Below, piece by piece: positions 10,731 to 19,731 of a stretch of DNA of 64,000 nt (positions are counted from its first letter, which is position 1; each line of letters begins with the position of its first letter). The notes under the pieces are model-generated. The model made no database searches, had not been told where the DNA came from, and worked only from the letters and a program-made list of their open reading frames with translations. Source of the stretch: Candidatus Omnitrophota bacterium (GTDB lineage: Bacteria > Omnitrophota > Gorgyraeia > Gygaellales > Gygaellaceae). The position numbers and the translations under genes were made by a program. Location of the stretch: contig JAGYNB010000001.1 in assembly GCA_018400015.1 (NCBI GenBank), positions 264,124-328,123 of the forward strand, read 5' to 3'.

Positions 10731-10785
10731 TTGACAAGTGCAGGAAGTGTATGCTATACTTTAACTGGAAATGAAAATCATTTTC
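10731..10785 (+). promoter_or_regulatory. Promoter with putative Fur box upstream of fur
   Basis: TTGACA (10731-10736), 18-nt spacer, TATACT (10755-10760). 10770-10785 aATGAaAATCATTtTC matches the Fur-box core AATGATAATCATTATC with 2 mismatches, and is the perfect palindrome GAAAAT-c-ATTTTC. Confidence 0.4.
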
Positions 10786-10803
10786 AATAAGGGGATGAGA
10801 TAA

Positions 10804-11265
10804 ATGCGGTTTGGAAGAAGAGGTTTTTGTAAAGCATGGCAGGGTCAGATTAAAGATGCCGGGTATCGTTTAACTATACCCAGACAGGTTATTTTGGATG
10901 TGCTAGCAAATAACACCGGGCATCTAAGCGCTGAAGATATTTATTTAAAAGTGCATAAGATTTATCCTCAGATAGGCCTAACAACTATTTATAGGACTTT
11001 GGATTTGTTGGTTAGTGTGGGGGTTGTTTTAAAAAGCGATTTTGGAGATGGACGTGCGCGTTTTGAAATAAAAATAAAAGATAAAACACACCATCATCAT
11101 TTAATATGTACTAAATGTTCACGAGTAATAGATTATACGGATTTTATTGATAAAGAACTAAAACTTTTAGCCGAGACTAAAAAAGGGTTAAGTGAGAAGT
11201 TTGATTTTGAAATTACAGGCCATTTGATTCAATTTTACGGAGTATGTAAAGACTGCAGGTCTTAA
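10804..11265 (+). CDS. Fur-family metalloregulator (Fur/Zur/PerR)
   Basis: 153 aa; winged-helix N-terminus; HHHHLICTKC and CKDC metal-binding motifs. Confidence 0.8.
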   Translation: MRFGRRGFCKAWQGQIKDAGYRLTIPRQVILDVLANNTGHLSAEDIYLKVHKIYPQIGLTTIYRTLDLLVSVGVVLKSDFGDGRARFEIKIKDKTHHHHLICTKCSRVIDYTDFIDKELKLLAETKKGLSEKFDFEITGHLIQFYGVCKDCRS

Positions 11266-11281
11266 AACAAAGGAGGGTATT

Positions 11282-11650
11282 ATGCCTAGAGGAGACGGAA
11301 CAGGTCCTATGGGACAGGGTTCAATGACAGGAAGAGGTTTAGGCTATTGTGCTGGTTTTAATGCACCAGGATATGCCAATTCAGGTTTTGGCAGAGGATT
11401 TGGTATGGGTGCAGGTCGCGGTATGGGAAGAGGCAGGCGCAACTGGTTTTACCAGACAGGGCTTCCTGGATGGGTAAGAGCGGGTTATGGTATGAGCGCT
11501 TACGGCAATCCTTATATGTCTGCCAACCAAGCTTATGCACCTTCAAAGAAGGACCAGCTTGATTATTTAAATAATGAAGCTGAAAGTTTAAAGGCAAGGT
11601 TAAAGGATATAGATTCTCAGATCAATAGTCTAGATAAGCAAGAAGAATAG
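11282..11650 (+). CDS. DUF5320-like glycine-rich / coiled-coil protein
   Basis: 122 aa; Gly-rich GRGxGMG repeats then a C-terminal coiled coil. This architecture commonly precedes NifB/NifX-like genes in anaerobes. Confidence 0.55.
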   Translation: MPRGDGTGPMGQGSMTGRGLGYCAGFNAPGYANSGFGRGFGMGAGRGMGRGRRNWFYQTGLPGWVRAGYGMSAYGNPYMSANQAYAPSKKDQLDYLNNEAESLKARLKDIDSQINSLDKQEE

Positions 11651-11670
11651 GTAAACTAAAAGGAGATAAT

Positions 11671-12060
11671 ATGCGGTTTGCAATATCTACTGACGCAGGT
11701 GAGGTGTCTGCACATTTTGGCAGGTGCCCGTCTTTTACAATCGTTGATATTGAAGAAGGGATAGTAAAAAGTAGGACTATAGTGGCTAATCCAGGACATC
11801 ATCCAGGACATATTCCTAAATTTCTGCATGATAAGGGTGTAAATTGCGTTATTGCCGGCGGAATGGGTATGAATGCAACTAATTTATTCAATCAGTTTGA
11901 TATAAAAACGGTTGTGGGCGCGGTTGGTTCTATTGATGAGGTGGTTGAAGCCATACTTAAAGGTAATTTAACCGCTGGTGAAAGTACATGCAAACCTGGA
12001 CAGGGCAAAGGATATGGTTTGGATAAGACTGTCTGCGATCATGAAGACGGTCATGACTAA
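11671..12060 (+). CDS. NifB/NifX-like 'dinitrogenase FeMo-cofactor biosynthesis' domain protein
   Basis: 129 aa; AxHFGRCPxFTIVD...VIAGGMGMNA motif of the PF02579-type fold. Confidence 0.7.
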   Translation: MRFAISTDAGEVSAHFGRCPSFTIVDIEEGIVKSRTIVANPGHHPGHIPKFLHDKGVNCVIAGGMGMNATNLFNQFDIKTVVGAVGSIDEVVEAILKGNLTAGESTCKPGQGKGYGLDKTVCDHEDGHD

Positions 12061-12074
12061 CAGAAGGAGAGATA

Positions 12075-12440
12075 ATGAAAGTTTGTGTTAGTGCTCAAGG
12101 CGATAATTTAGATTCAAGCGTTGATCCGCGTTTTGGCCGTTGCCAGTATTTTGTTTTTGTTGATACGGATACTTTGGAATTTGAAGCTGTTAATAATCCC
12201 AACATTACCGGTATGGGCGGAGTGGGCATACAGTCAGCCCAGTTTATTGTCTCTAAAGGAGCAGAAGCTGTTCTTACGGGCAATGTCGGGCCGAACGCTT
12301 TCACTACATTACAGGCAGCTAATTTAAAAATCATTACTGGTGTAGCGGGCTCGGTAAAAGAGGCAGTGGATAATTATAAAAACGGAAAATACAATTCTAC
12401 AAACGGTCCCAGCGTAGATTCTAAATTCGGGATGTCTTAA
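12075..12440 (+). CDS. NifB/NifX-like 'dinitrogenase FeMo-cofactor biosynthesis' domain protein (paralog)
   Basis: 121 aa; DPRFGRCQYFVFVD...VLTGNVGPNA, same fold as the upstream gene. Confidence 0.7.
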   Translation: MKVCVSAQGDNLDSSVDPRFGRCQYFVFVDTDTLEFEAVNNPNITGMGGVGIQSAQFIVSKGAEAVLTGNVGPNAFTTLQAANLKIITGVAGSVKEAVDNYKNGKYNSTNGPSVDSKFGMS

Positions 12441-12451
12441 ATAATGCTATT

Positions 12452-13312
12452 ATGATAATATCAGTTGCAAGCGGCAAGGGTGGAACAGGTAAAACAACTG
12501 TTGCTGTTAATTTGGCTTTGTCTTTGGATGAAAAGCTGCAGTTTTTAGATTGCGATGTTGAAGAGCCTAATGCCCATTTATTTCTAAAGCCTAAAATAGA
12601 ACATGTCCAGCCGAGTTTTATTAAGGTGCCTGAGATAGATGAGTCTAAATGCAGTCTCTGCGGTAAGTGCCAGTCTGTTTGTCAATACAATGCATTAGCG
12701 GTTATGCCTAAAACCGATAAGGCAAGCGGCAAGGTTATGGTTTTCCAGCAACTTTGCCATGGCTGCGGTGGATGTATGTTGTTATGTCCTGAAAAAGCAA
12801 TAAAAGAAGTTGATAGGAAAATCGGCGTTGTGGAAATAGGCAAAGCCAAAGATATTGATTTTTTCCACGGGAAACTCGACATATCGGAACCTATGGCTCC
12901 TCCTTTAATCCGCCACGTCAAAAGATATATTGATAAGAATGCATTAGTTATCAGTGACTGTCCGCCAGGTACTTCTTGTCCTGTGGTTACGGCAGTCAAG
13001 GGAAGTGATTTTTGCCTATTGGTAACTGAACCAACGCCATTTGGCCTGCATGATTTAACCCTAGCTGTAGAATTATTAAGGATAATTCATGTAAAATTTG
13101 CTGTTGCAATCAATAAATCAGGTGAAACAGATAATATAATTGACGATTACTGTAAAAAAGAGAACATCCCTATATTATTAAAGCTTCCTTTTGATAAAAA
13201 AATAGCCTCAGCTTATTCTAAAGGCGAGAATATCGTAGAGGTGTTCAAAGAATACAAAAACAATTTTAAAGGTCTATTTAATTCAATAAAAACAATAGTA
13301 AACAATAAATGA
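12452..13312 (+). CDS. MinD/Mrp-family P-loop ATPase with inserted 2x[4Fe-4S] ferredoxin domain
   Basis: 286 aa; deviant Walker A SGKGGTGKTT; two CxxCxxCxxxC motifs (CSLCGKCQSVC, CHGCGGCMLLCP). Confidence 0.8.
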   Translation: MIISVASGKGGTGKTTVAVNLALSLDEKLQFLDCDVEEPNAHLFLKPKIEHVQPSFIKVPEIDESKCSLCGKCQSVCQYNALAVMPKTDKASGKVMVFQQLCHGCGGCMLLCPEKAIKEVDRKIGVVEIGKAKDIDFFHGKLDISEPMAPPLIRHVKRYIDKNALVISDCPPGTSCPVVTAVKGSDFCLLVTEPTPFGLHDLTLAVELLRIIHVKFAVAINKSGETDNIIDDYCKKENIPILLKLPFDKKIASAYSKGENIVEVFKEYKNNFKGLFNSIKTIVNNK

Positions 13313-14163
13313 AACAGATACTTGTTATAAGCGGCAAGGGTGGAACAGGTAAAACAGTATTGTCTGCTTCGTTTGCATCGTTAGCAAAAAAATGCGTAGT
13401 TTCCGATTGTGATGTGGATGCGGCGGATTTACATCTATTGCTTAGGCCAAAGGTAAAAGAAACAATTAATTTTAAAAGCGGTAAAAGCGCCAATATTGAT
13501 GAGAATTTATGCATAAAATGCGGCAAATGCATTAATTTTTGCAGGTTTGATGCTATTACCAGTGACATTAGAATTGACCATGCTTCCTGTGAAGGTTGCG
13601 GTGTATGTACTTATTTTTGCCCTGTTTCGGCGATTAAGATGATAGAAAACGAATGTGGAGAGTGTTTTATATCCGATACTCGTTATGGCACCATGGTCCA
13701 TGCGCGGCTGGGGATTGCTGAAGAAAATTCCGGCAAGCTGGTGAGCCTGGTGAGAAAAAAATCTCAGGAGATAGCTGCGGAACAAAATTGCGAGTTTTTG
13801 ATAATTGACGGGCCTCCGGGAATAGGTTGTCCGGTTATTGCTTCTCTTTCCGGTGTGGATGTTGCGGTTATTGTAACTGAGCCTACCTTATCGGGTTTGC
13901 ATGATGCAAAAAGAGTAATTGAGGTGGCGCGCCACTTCAAAGTTGCAGTTAATTTAGTAATAAATAAGTTTGACCTTAATCTGGATATGACTAAAACCAT
14001 AGAAGGCTATTGCAGTAAAAATAATATTAGGTTGTTGGGTAAGATTGCTTTTGATGAAGCATTTGTTAAAAGCCTTATTGAGGTAAAGCCGATAGTAGAG
14101 TGTGAGTATAGCAAGGTAAATAAGGATATAGTGGATATTTGGCAGAAGTTAGCTTATAATTAA
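13309..14163 (+). CDS. MinD/Mrp-family P-loop ATPase with inserted 2x[4Fe-4S] ferredoxin domain (paralog)
   Basis: 284 aa; SGKGGTGKT; CIKCGKCINFC and CEGCGVCTYFCP; start overlaps the stop of the upstream paralog. Confidence 0.8.
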   Translation: MKQILVISGKGGTGKTVLSASFASLAKKCVVSDCDVDAADLHLLLRPKVKETINFKSGKSANIDENLCIKCGKCINFCRFDAITSDIRIDHASCEGCGVCTYFCPVSAIKMIENECGECFISDTRYGTMVHARLGIAEENSGKLVSLVRKKSQEIAAEQNCEFLIIDGPPGIGCPVIASLSGVDVAVIVTEPTLSGLHDAKRVIEVARHFKVAVNLVINKFDLNLDMTKTIEGYCSKNNIRLLGKIAFDEAFVKSLIEVKPIVECEYSKVNKDIVDIWQKLAYN

Positions 14164-14168
14164 AAATA

Positions 14169-14960
14169 ATGAAAGAACAAAATTTTAAATATATCTATGG
14201 ACCTGTTTCCAGCTGGCGGCTGGGAAGTTCGCTCGGAGTTGATCCTATATGTACGCGTGGCAAGGTATGTTCTTTTAACTGCATTTATTGCCAGATAGGC
14301 AAGACAACAAAGCTAACTACCAAAAGAGAGGTTTTTGTAGACGCGGATAAGATTGTAAGCGAGATAAAATTACTGCCCAAAAGAAGAATCGATTATATTA
14401 CTTTATCCGGTATGGGAGAGCCGACTTTAGCAGCGAATTTATCCGAGATTATAAAAAAAATCAGGAGAATACGCAAAGAAAAAATTGCCGTAATCACCAA
14501 TTCTTCTCTTTTAGGCGATAAAGATGTCAGAAGAGATTTATCCTTGGTGGACTTTGTGATTGCAAAATTAGACGCTCCCAATGAATGGATATATTCTAAG
14601 ATCAACAGGCCCTATGGACTGGTGAAGTTTAATGATATAGTAAAAGGTATAAAGAATTTTAAAAAAACTTTTAAGAAAAAACTTGCTATACAGATAATGT
14701 TTACTGCTATCAATAAGGATTTTGCTTTAGAGTTGTCGCGTTTGGTTAATTCGATTAATCCCGATGAAGTGCAGATTAATACCCCCTTAAGGCCTTCGAA
14801 GATAGAGCCTTTAATCAAGAAGGAGTTAAAGAAGATCACGGATATTTTCAAAAAAACCTGCAAGAAGATAAATGTTGTGAGCGTTTATGATGTTAAAAAG
14901 AAGAAAGTGGAATCAATCAGCCAGCCGGATACCTTAAGAAGAAGAGGTAAACCTTATTAG
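14169..14960 (+). CDS. Radical SAM protein (small, single domain)
   Basis: 263 aa; CSFNCIYC CxxxCxxC motif near the N-terminus; GMGEPT SAM-binding motif. Confidence 0.7.
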   Translation: MKEQNFKYIYGPVSSWRLGSSLGVDPICTRGKVCSFNCIYCQIGKTTKLTTKREVFVDADKIVSEIKLLPKRRIDYITLSGMGEPTLAANLSEIIKKIRRIRKEKIAVITNSSLLGDKDVRRDLSLVDFVIAKLDAPNEWIYSKINRPYGLVKFNDIVKGIKNFKKTFKKKLAIQIMFTAINKDFALELSRLVNSINPDEVQINTPLRPSKIEPLIKKELKKITDIFKKTCKKINVVSVYDVKKKKVESISQPDTLRRRGKPY

Positions 14961-14963
14961 TTT

Positions 14964-15854
14964 ATGCAGACCTACCTAGATTGTATCCCTTGTTTTTTCA
15001 AGCAGGCAATAGAATCATCCCGCATGATCGGCGCCTCAAATAATGAACAGGAGTGCATTATAAGGGAGATTTCTCAATTGTTAGCTGAGGCTTCTTTTAG
15101 GCAGTCTCCACCTGAGATAGCAAGTTCAATCCATGCGATAATAAAGAAGGTTACAGGTAACCCCGATCCCTATAGGCAGATTAAAATTAAAAGCAATAAG
15201 AAAGCTTTGAAGATTTATCCAAAGTTAAAAAGAATTGTAAAGAGTAAAGCCAACAGGCTTTTAATAGCAACAGAGCTGGCTATTGCCGGCAATATCATTG
15301 ATTACGGGGTTAAAAATTCTCTTAATGTTGAAGAGGAGCTAAAGAAAATATTAGTTCAGGAAGAGCAAAATCTTAAAAAGAAAAAAAAGTTTTTTGATTT
15401 TTCTCATTTTGAAAAAGACTTAAAGAAAGCCGATAGAATTGTTTATTTGGCTGATAATGCAGGCGAGATTGTTTTCGACCGTGTATTATTAGAAGAGATT
15501 AAATCACTTTTTCCAAAGAAGAAGATTTATTTTGTTGTAAAGGAAAAACCGATTATAAACGATGCCTTGGCCGGTGATGCTTTGTTTTGCAAGATCGATA
15601 AATTTACCGAGATTATCTCTTCCGGATTAGACACTCCCGGCACTGTTTTGGCTAGATGCAGTAAAAGTTTTTTAAATATTTTTAATAAAGCGGATATGGT
15701 TATCAGTAAAGGCCAGGGCAATTTTGAGTCGTTAAGTTCATCAAAAAAGAAAATCTACTTTTTATTCATGGCCAAATGCCCTGTAGTTGCAGATAGCATT
15801 GCTTGTCAGGTAGGCGATATTAACTTAGTCAATAGCAGTCTGAGAAGATTATAA
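14964..15854 (+). CDS. DUF89 / ARMT1-like (damage-control phosphatase family) protein
   Basis: 296 aa; the LADNAGEIVFD and VISKGQGNFE motifs are typical of the DUF89 metal-dependent phosphatase fold. Confidence 0.55.
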   Translation: MQTYLDCIPCFFKQAIESSRMIGASNNEQECIIREISQLLAEASFRQSPPEIASSIHAIIKKVTGNPDPYRQIKIKSNKKALKIYPKLKRIVKSKANRLLIATELAIAGNIIDYGVKNSLNVEEELKKILVQEEQNLKKKKKFFDFSHFEKDLKKADRIVYLADNAGEIVFDRVLLEEIKSLFPKKKIYFVVKEKPIINDALAGDALFCKIDKFTEIISSGLDTPGTVLARCSKSFLNIFNKADMVISKGQGNFESLSSSKKKIYFLFMAKCPVVADSIACQVGDINLVNSSLRRL

Positions 15855-15866
15855 ATAAAAAGTATT

Positions 15867-16580
15867 ATGCATAAAATATTATTGATTAAACAGGGTTCAA
15901 CCAAAAAAGACCGTTCTCTTCGCAAATGGGGATTAAGTTTTTTAATCGATGATGATATCATATTCGATACTTTTGGCTCAAGAGAAGATCTTATTGCAGA
16001 GATTAAAAGTTTATCGATAGATTTAAACAAAATACGTCATGTAGTTATCTCACACGATCACTGGGATCATATAGAAGGGTTATCCTACATATTAGAAAGA
16101 AATAAAGATCTTACCGTATACCTGCCGTTTAAAACAAATGAAGATTTAATAAACAAAATTATCTCTTCCGGAGTAAATTTAGAATTAGTAAATCAAAGCA
16201 TAAAGATAAAAGATGGTATTTTTGTAAGTAAGCAGATGGTTAATGCTTTGGATAAAAATACCGTTTTTGAGCATTGTCTGGTGATTGATACAACAGAGGG
16301 TTTGGTTGTGATTACAGGCTGTGCGCACCCTGGGATTGATTATATGGTAAAAGAAGTAAAGAATGATTTTAAAAAGCGGATCAGGTTGTTAATTGGCGGA
16401 TTTCATTTGAAGAATGAGCCGGAAGATAAAATAAGAGCGGTTATAGACAGGCTTATTGTTCTTGGCGTAAAAGAAGTTGCGCCAATCCATTGTACAGGGG
16501 AAGTTGCTACAGGTTTATTCAAAGAGTATTTTAAGGATAGATTTATCGATTTAATTAATTCCCGCCAGGTTACAGTTTAA
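15867..16580 (+). CDS. MBL-fold metallo-hydrolase
   Basis: 237 aa; ISHDHWDHIEG metallo-beta-lactamase zinc-binding motif. Confidence 0.7.
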   Translation: MHKILLIKQGSTKKDRSLRKWGLSFLIDDDIIFDTFGSREDLIAEIKSLSIDLNKIRHVVISHDHWDHIEGLSYILERNKDLTVYLPFKTNEDLINKIISSGVNLELVNQSIKIKDGIFVSKQMVNALDKNTVFEHCLVIDTTEGLVVITGCAHPGIDYMVKEVKNDFKKRIRLLIGGFHLKNEPEDKIRAVIDRLIVLGVKEVAPIHCTGEVATGLFKEYFKDRFIDLINSRQVTV

Positions 16581-16640
16581 TAGAAACCCTTAAATTTTAT
16601 TCGCAATAGTTTGTTGTTTTTGGTAGAATAATAAATAATT

Positions 16641-17384
16641 ATGAGAAAGAAAAGGAATATTTTTGTTGTTTTGTTTTTTTGTTTAGTGTTGTCATCATGC
16701 GCTTCTGCAGTAGTTAAGCCTGTTTCTGGGCCTATTTATCAGCCGCCTGCTCCTGTAATAAGGGCTAATATAACCCATACGGTAGCACCTGGTGAAACTG
16801 TCTGGCGTATAAGCAAGATGTATGATGTACCGATGAACGATGTCATCAGATACAATAATATCAAAAGGGTGGATGATCTGAAGATGGGGCAGAAATTAGT
16901 CATTCCTAATGCCGCACCGATTAAGCCGGTTATTACTCTTTATCCGTCCCGAAAATGGAAATATATCATAATCCACCACAGCGCTACTGATGAGGGCAAT
17001 GCATTTTGTTTTTATAATTCACATAGAAAAAGAGGCTGGAAGGACTTGGGGTATCATTTTGTAATCGATAATGGCACTAAAGGAAAAACCAATGGCCAGA
17101 TTGAGACGTCTTCTCGTTGGCTTAAGCAGGAAGACGGCGCTCATTGTAAGGCCAATAATATGAATTCAAGGGGAATTGGAGTCTGTTTGGTGGGAAATTT
17201 TAGTAAAGAAAGATTATCAGACAAACAAATGGATTCTTTAGTTTATCTGGTCGATACTTTAAGAAAGTATTACGGGGTTCCTTTAAGCAATATCCTTGGC
17301 CATGGTCAGGTAAAAGGTGCAAGGACAGAGTGTCCGGGAAAACTTTTCCCCTGGTCTGAATTCAAAAGAAGATTATCGCAGTAA
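16641..17384 (+). CDS. N-acetylmuramoyl-L-alanine amidase (Amidase_2/PGRP) lipoprotein with LysM domain
   Basis: 247 aa; signal peptide + lipobox LSSC; LysM (HTVAPGETVWRISKMY...GQKLVIP); amidase_2 motifs IIIHHSAT...GYHFVIDNG...CPG. Confidence 0.8.
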   Translation: MRKKRNIFVVLFFCLVLSSCASAVVKPVSGPIYQPPAPVIRANITHTVAPGETVWRISKMYDVPMNDVIRYNNIKRVDDLKMGQKLVIPNAAPIKPVITLYPSRKWKYIIIHHSATDEGNAFCFYNSHRKRGWKDLGYHFVIDNGTKGKTNGQIETSSRWLKQEDGAHCKANNMNSRGIGVCLVGNFSKERLSDKQMDSLVYLVDTLRKYYGVPLSNILGHGQVKGARTECPGKLFPWSEFKRRLSQ

Positions 17385-17408
17385 TATTTTTTAAAAAAGG
17401 AGGCTGTT

Positions 17409-17864
17409 ATGAAGGCAAAAGAGATAATGTCGAAAAATGTCATTACAGTCTCACCTAGCGACGATGCCCAAGATGCTTTAGGTTTATTACAGAGAAAGCG
17501 CATAAGCGCCCTTCCGGTTGTAAATGAAAAAGGCGAAGCAATAGGGATGTTTAGTGAAAAAGAGATTCTTTCTTTTGTTTTTCCCAGTTACATCCAGCAT
17601 GTAGGTAATTTTGTTTATGAAGAAAACCCCAAGTCAATCAAGAAAAAATTCAACGAACTAAAAGGTGTTCCTGTTAAAAAACTTATGCGTGATGGCGTGC
17701 TTACGATAAATGAAAACGCTACGCTTTGTGAGATAGCCCGTATCATGATGACGGAAAAATCCCGCAGAATATGCGTTATCGATGATAATAATAAGCTTTT
17801 AGGCATAGTTGGCCGTTGTGATGCCATAGCTGCTTTTATCAAGGAAGCAGAAGAGGCAAAATAA
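17409..17864 (+). CDS. CBS-pair domain protein
   Basis: 151 aa; two CBS motifs (VITVSP...ALPVVNEKGEAIGM; VLTINENATL...RRICVIDDNNKLLGIV). Confidence 0.75.
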   Translation: MKAKEIMSKNVITVSPSDDAQDALGLLQRKRISALPVVNEKGEAIGMFSEKEILSFVFPSYIQHVGNFVYEENPKSIKKKFNELKGVPVKKLMRDGVLTINENATLCEIARIMMTEKSRRICVIDDNNKLLGIVGRCDAIAAFIKEAEEAK

Positions 17865-17870
17865 TAATCA

Positions 17871-19253
17871 ATGATTAAAAAGTTTATAATTCTTTTCAGT
17901 CTTGTTTTGACTGCCGGTATTCTCGCTTCAAAAATCGGTTTTACTACTCAGCAGGTAATTGCCATATCCATATTTTCAACATCCATCCTCGGTACTCTTT
18001 TTTTCTGGGATTTCCGCTTGAGTTTCGCATTTTTAGGCACATCAATACTGCTTATAACTAAGACAATCAATTTAGAAAGTGTTATTAAGTATTCATCTTT
18101 AGAGGTAATACTTTTTTTAGTTGGCATGATGGTTTTGGTGGGATTGTTGAAGAATGCAGGATTTTTTGCCTGGATTGTCAGTCTTATTTTAAGGATAAAG
18201 AATCTTAACGCCAACAGATTCCTGATTGCAATTTCATTTATTTCTGCTCTTTTAGCCTGTGCTGTGGATGAGGTTACTTCAATCATATTCGTAGTTGCGG
18301 CGATATTTGAAATCTGCGATTATTTTGAGGTAGAACCCACGCCATTTTTAATAATTTCAATTCTATCAACCAATATCGGTTCAAGCGGTACGGTTTTGGG
18401 TAATCCCATCGGTATTTTAATTGCTGCAAAATCAGGCCTGACGTTCGAAGATTTTATTCTAAAGGCGTTTCCGATAATGCTTCTATGTATCGGGGTAACC
18501 TTTTTAGTGGTGAAGAAATGGTTTAAAAAGCCGCTGCAGGAGCTGGACAATAAAATTAAGGAGTTTGGCTATAATGATATGTTGGTAAGGTTGATTTCAG
18601 TTCCTCCGGAAAGGGAGCTGAAGATTAGTCTGGGTATTTTTGGCGTGACGTTATTTTTTATTGCCTTGCATCATAGATTAGAGGTGCTTCTGGGTTTAGA
18701 GCCTAATACAATACTTTTGATCATGCCTTTAATCTCAAGCGGATGTGTGATGATCTGGAAACACAAACGCGCCAGGGAATATATTGAAAAGCATGTTGAG
18801 TGGTGGACGCTTTTGTTTTTTATGCTTCTTTTTGCCCAGGCAGGCACATTAAAGTATACCGGCGCGACCGATGTCTTAGCGGAAAAGTTAGTCAGTTTTG
18901 CCGGCAGCAGCGTTAATTTCTTAATCACAATTGTATTGTGGGTTTCGGCAATCGGTTCGTGCATGCTGGATAATGTAGTGTTAGTGGCCGCGTTTATTCC
19001 TATAATACAGAGTTTTGAGTCTTTTAGTATAAGTGTACAGCCTTTATGGTGGGCGCTATTATTCGGCGGATGTTTCGGCGGCAATATTACCATAATCGGC
19101 TCAACCGCCAATATCGTTGCTTTAGGAATATTAGAAAAAGATAAAAATATAAAGATAACATTCTTTAAGTGGTTCTGGATCGGCTTGACTATAGGTTTGA
19201 TGACCACAACCATTGTCTGGATAGTTTTAACCATACTTCCATTTTATAAATAG
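17871..19253 (+). CDS. SLC13/ArsB/NhaD-superfamily anion permease
   Basis: 460 aa, ~12 TM; internal repeat topology; GSSGTVLGNPIG and GGNITIIGSTANIV motifs typical of ion-transporter superfamily permeases. Confidence 0.6.
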   Translation: MIKKFIILFSLVLTAGILASKIGFTTQQVIAISIFSTSILGTLFFWDFRLSFAFLGTSILLITKTINLESVIKYSSLEVILFLVGMMVLVGLLKNAGFFAWIVSLILRIKNLNANRFLIAISFISALLACAVDEVTSIIFVVAAIFEICDYFEVEPTPFLIISILSTNIGSSGTVLGNPIGILIAAKSGLTFEDFILKAFPIMLLCIGVTFLVVKKWFKKPLQELDNKIKEFGYNDMLVRLISVPPERELKISLGIFGVTLFFIALHHRLEVLLGLEPNTILLIMPLISSGCVMIWKHKRAREYIEKHVEWWTLLFFMLLFAQAGTLKYTGATDVLAEKLVSFAGSSVNFLITIVLWVSAIGSCMLDNVVLVAAFIPIIQSFESFSISVQPLWWALLFGGCFGGNITIIGSTANIVALGILEKDKNIKITFFKWFWIGLTIGLMTTTIVWIVLTILPFYK

Positions 19254-19262
19254 GAGATATTT

Positions 19263-19709
19263 ATGAATATAGCCGAATATATTAAAAAAGAGTGTTTAGT
19301 AATGGATTTAAGCTCCAATATAAAAGAAGATGCGATAGCCGAAGTAGCCGCTACTTTTAGTGATGAAAGCGTAAAGGATAAACAGCTTTTTGTAAAAGAG
19401 ATCCTGCAAAGGGAAGAGGAAGGCTCAACCGGAATCGGTTTTGGCGTGGCAATTCCCCATGCGCGCACAGACCAGGTAAAAGATTTTGTCATTGGTTTTG
19501 GCCGTTCTAAAGCTGGAATTGAGTTTAATTCTATTGATAAACAAAAAGTGCATATTATTTTCGTATTAGGGGCAAACCCTGATTATATGAGTCTGTATTT
19601 AAGGATGCTGGCAGAGTTAGCAAAGTATCTCATGTATGAAGATGTAAGAGAAAAGATTATTGCTGCAGCAGACACAGAATATGTTTTAAGGGTATTCAAT
19701 AAGGGTTGA
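19263..19709 (+). CDS. ptsN: PTS EIIA-Ntr-like regulatory protein (PtsN family)
   Basis: 148 aa; GIGFGVAIPHART with the phospho-acceptor His of the EIIA(Fru/Ntr) fold. Confidence 0.7.
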   Translation: MNIAEYIKKECLVMDLSSNIKEDAIAEVAATFSDESVKDKQLFVKEILQREEEGSTGIGFGVAIPHARTDQVKDFVIGFGRSKAGIEFNSIDKQKVHIIFVLGANPDYMSLYLRMLAELAKYLMYEDVREKIIAAADTEYVLRVFNKG

Positions 19710-19731
19710 ATAAAGCTATTTTTAAATTAAA

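Noticed and set aside
18671-19234. 187-aa minus-strand ORF
   Set aside because: Antisense to the SLC13-like permease. Hydrophobic mirror-image translation typical of an antisense membrane-gene artefact.
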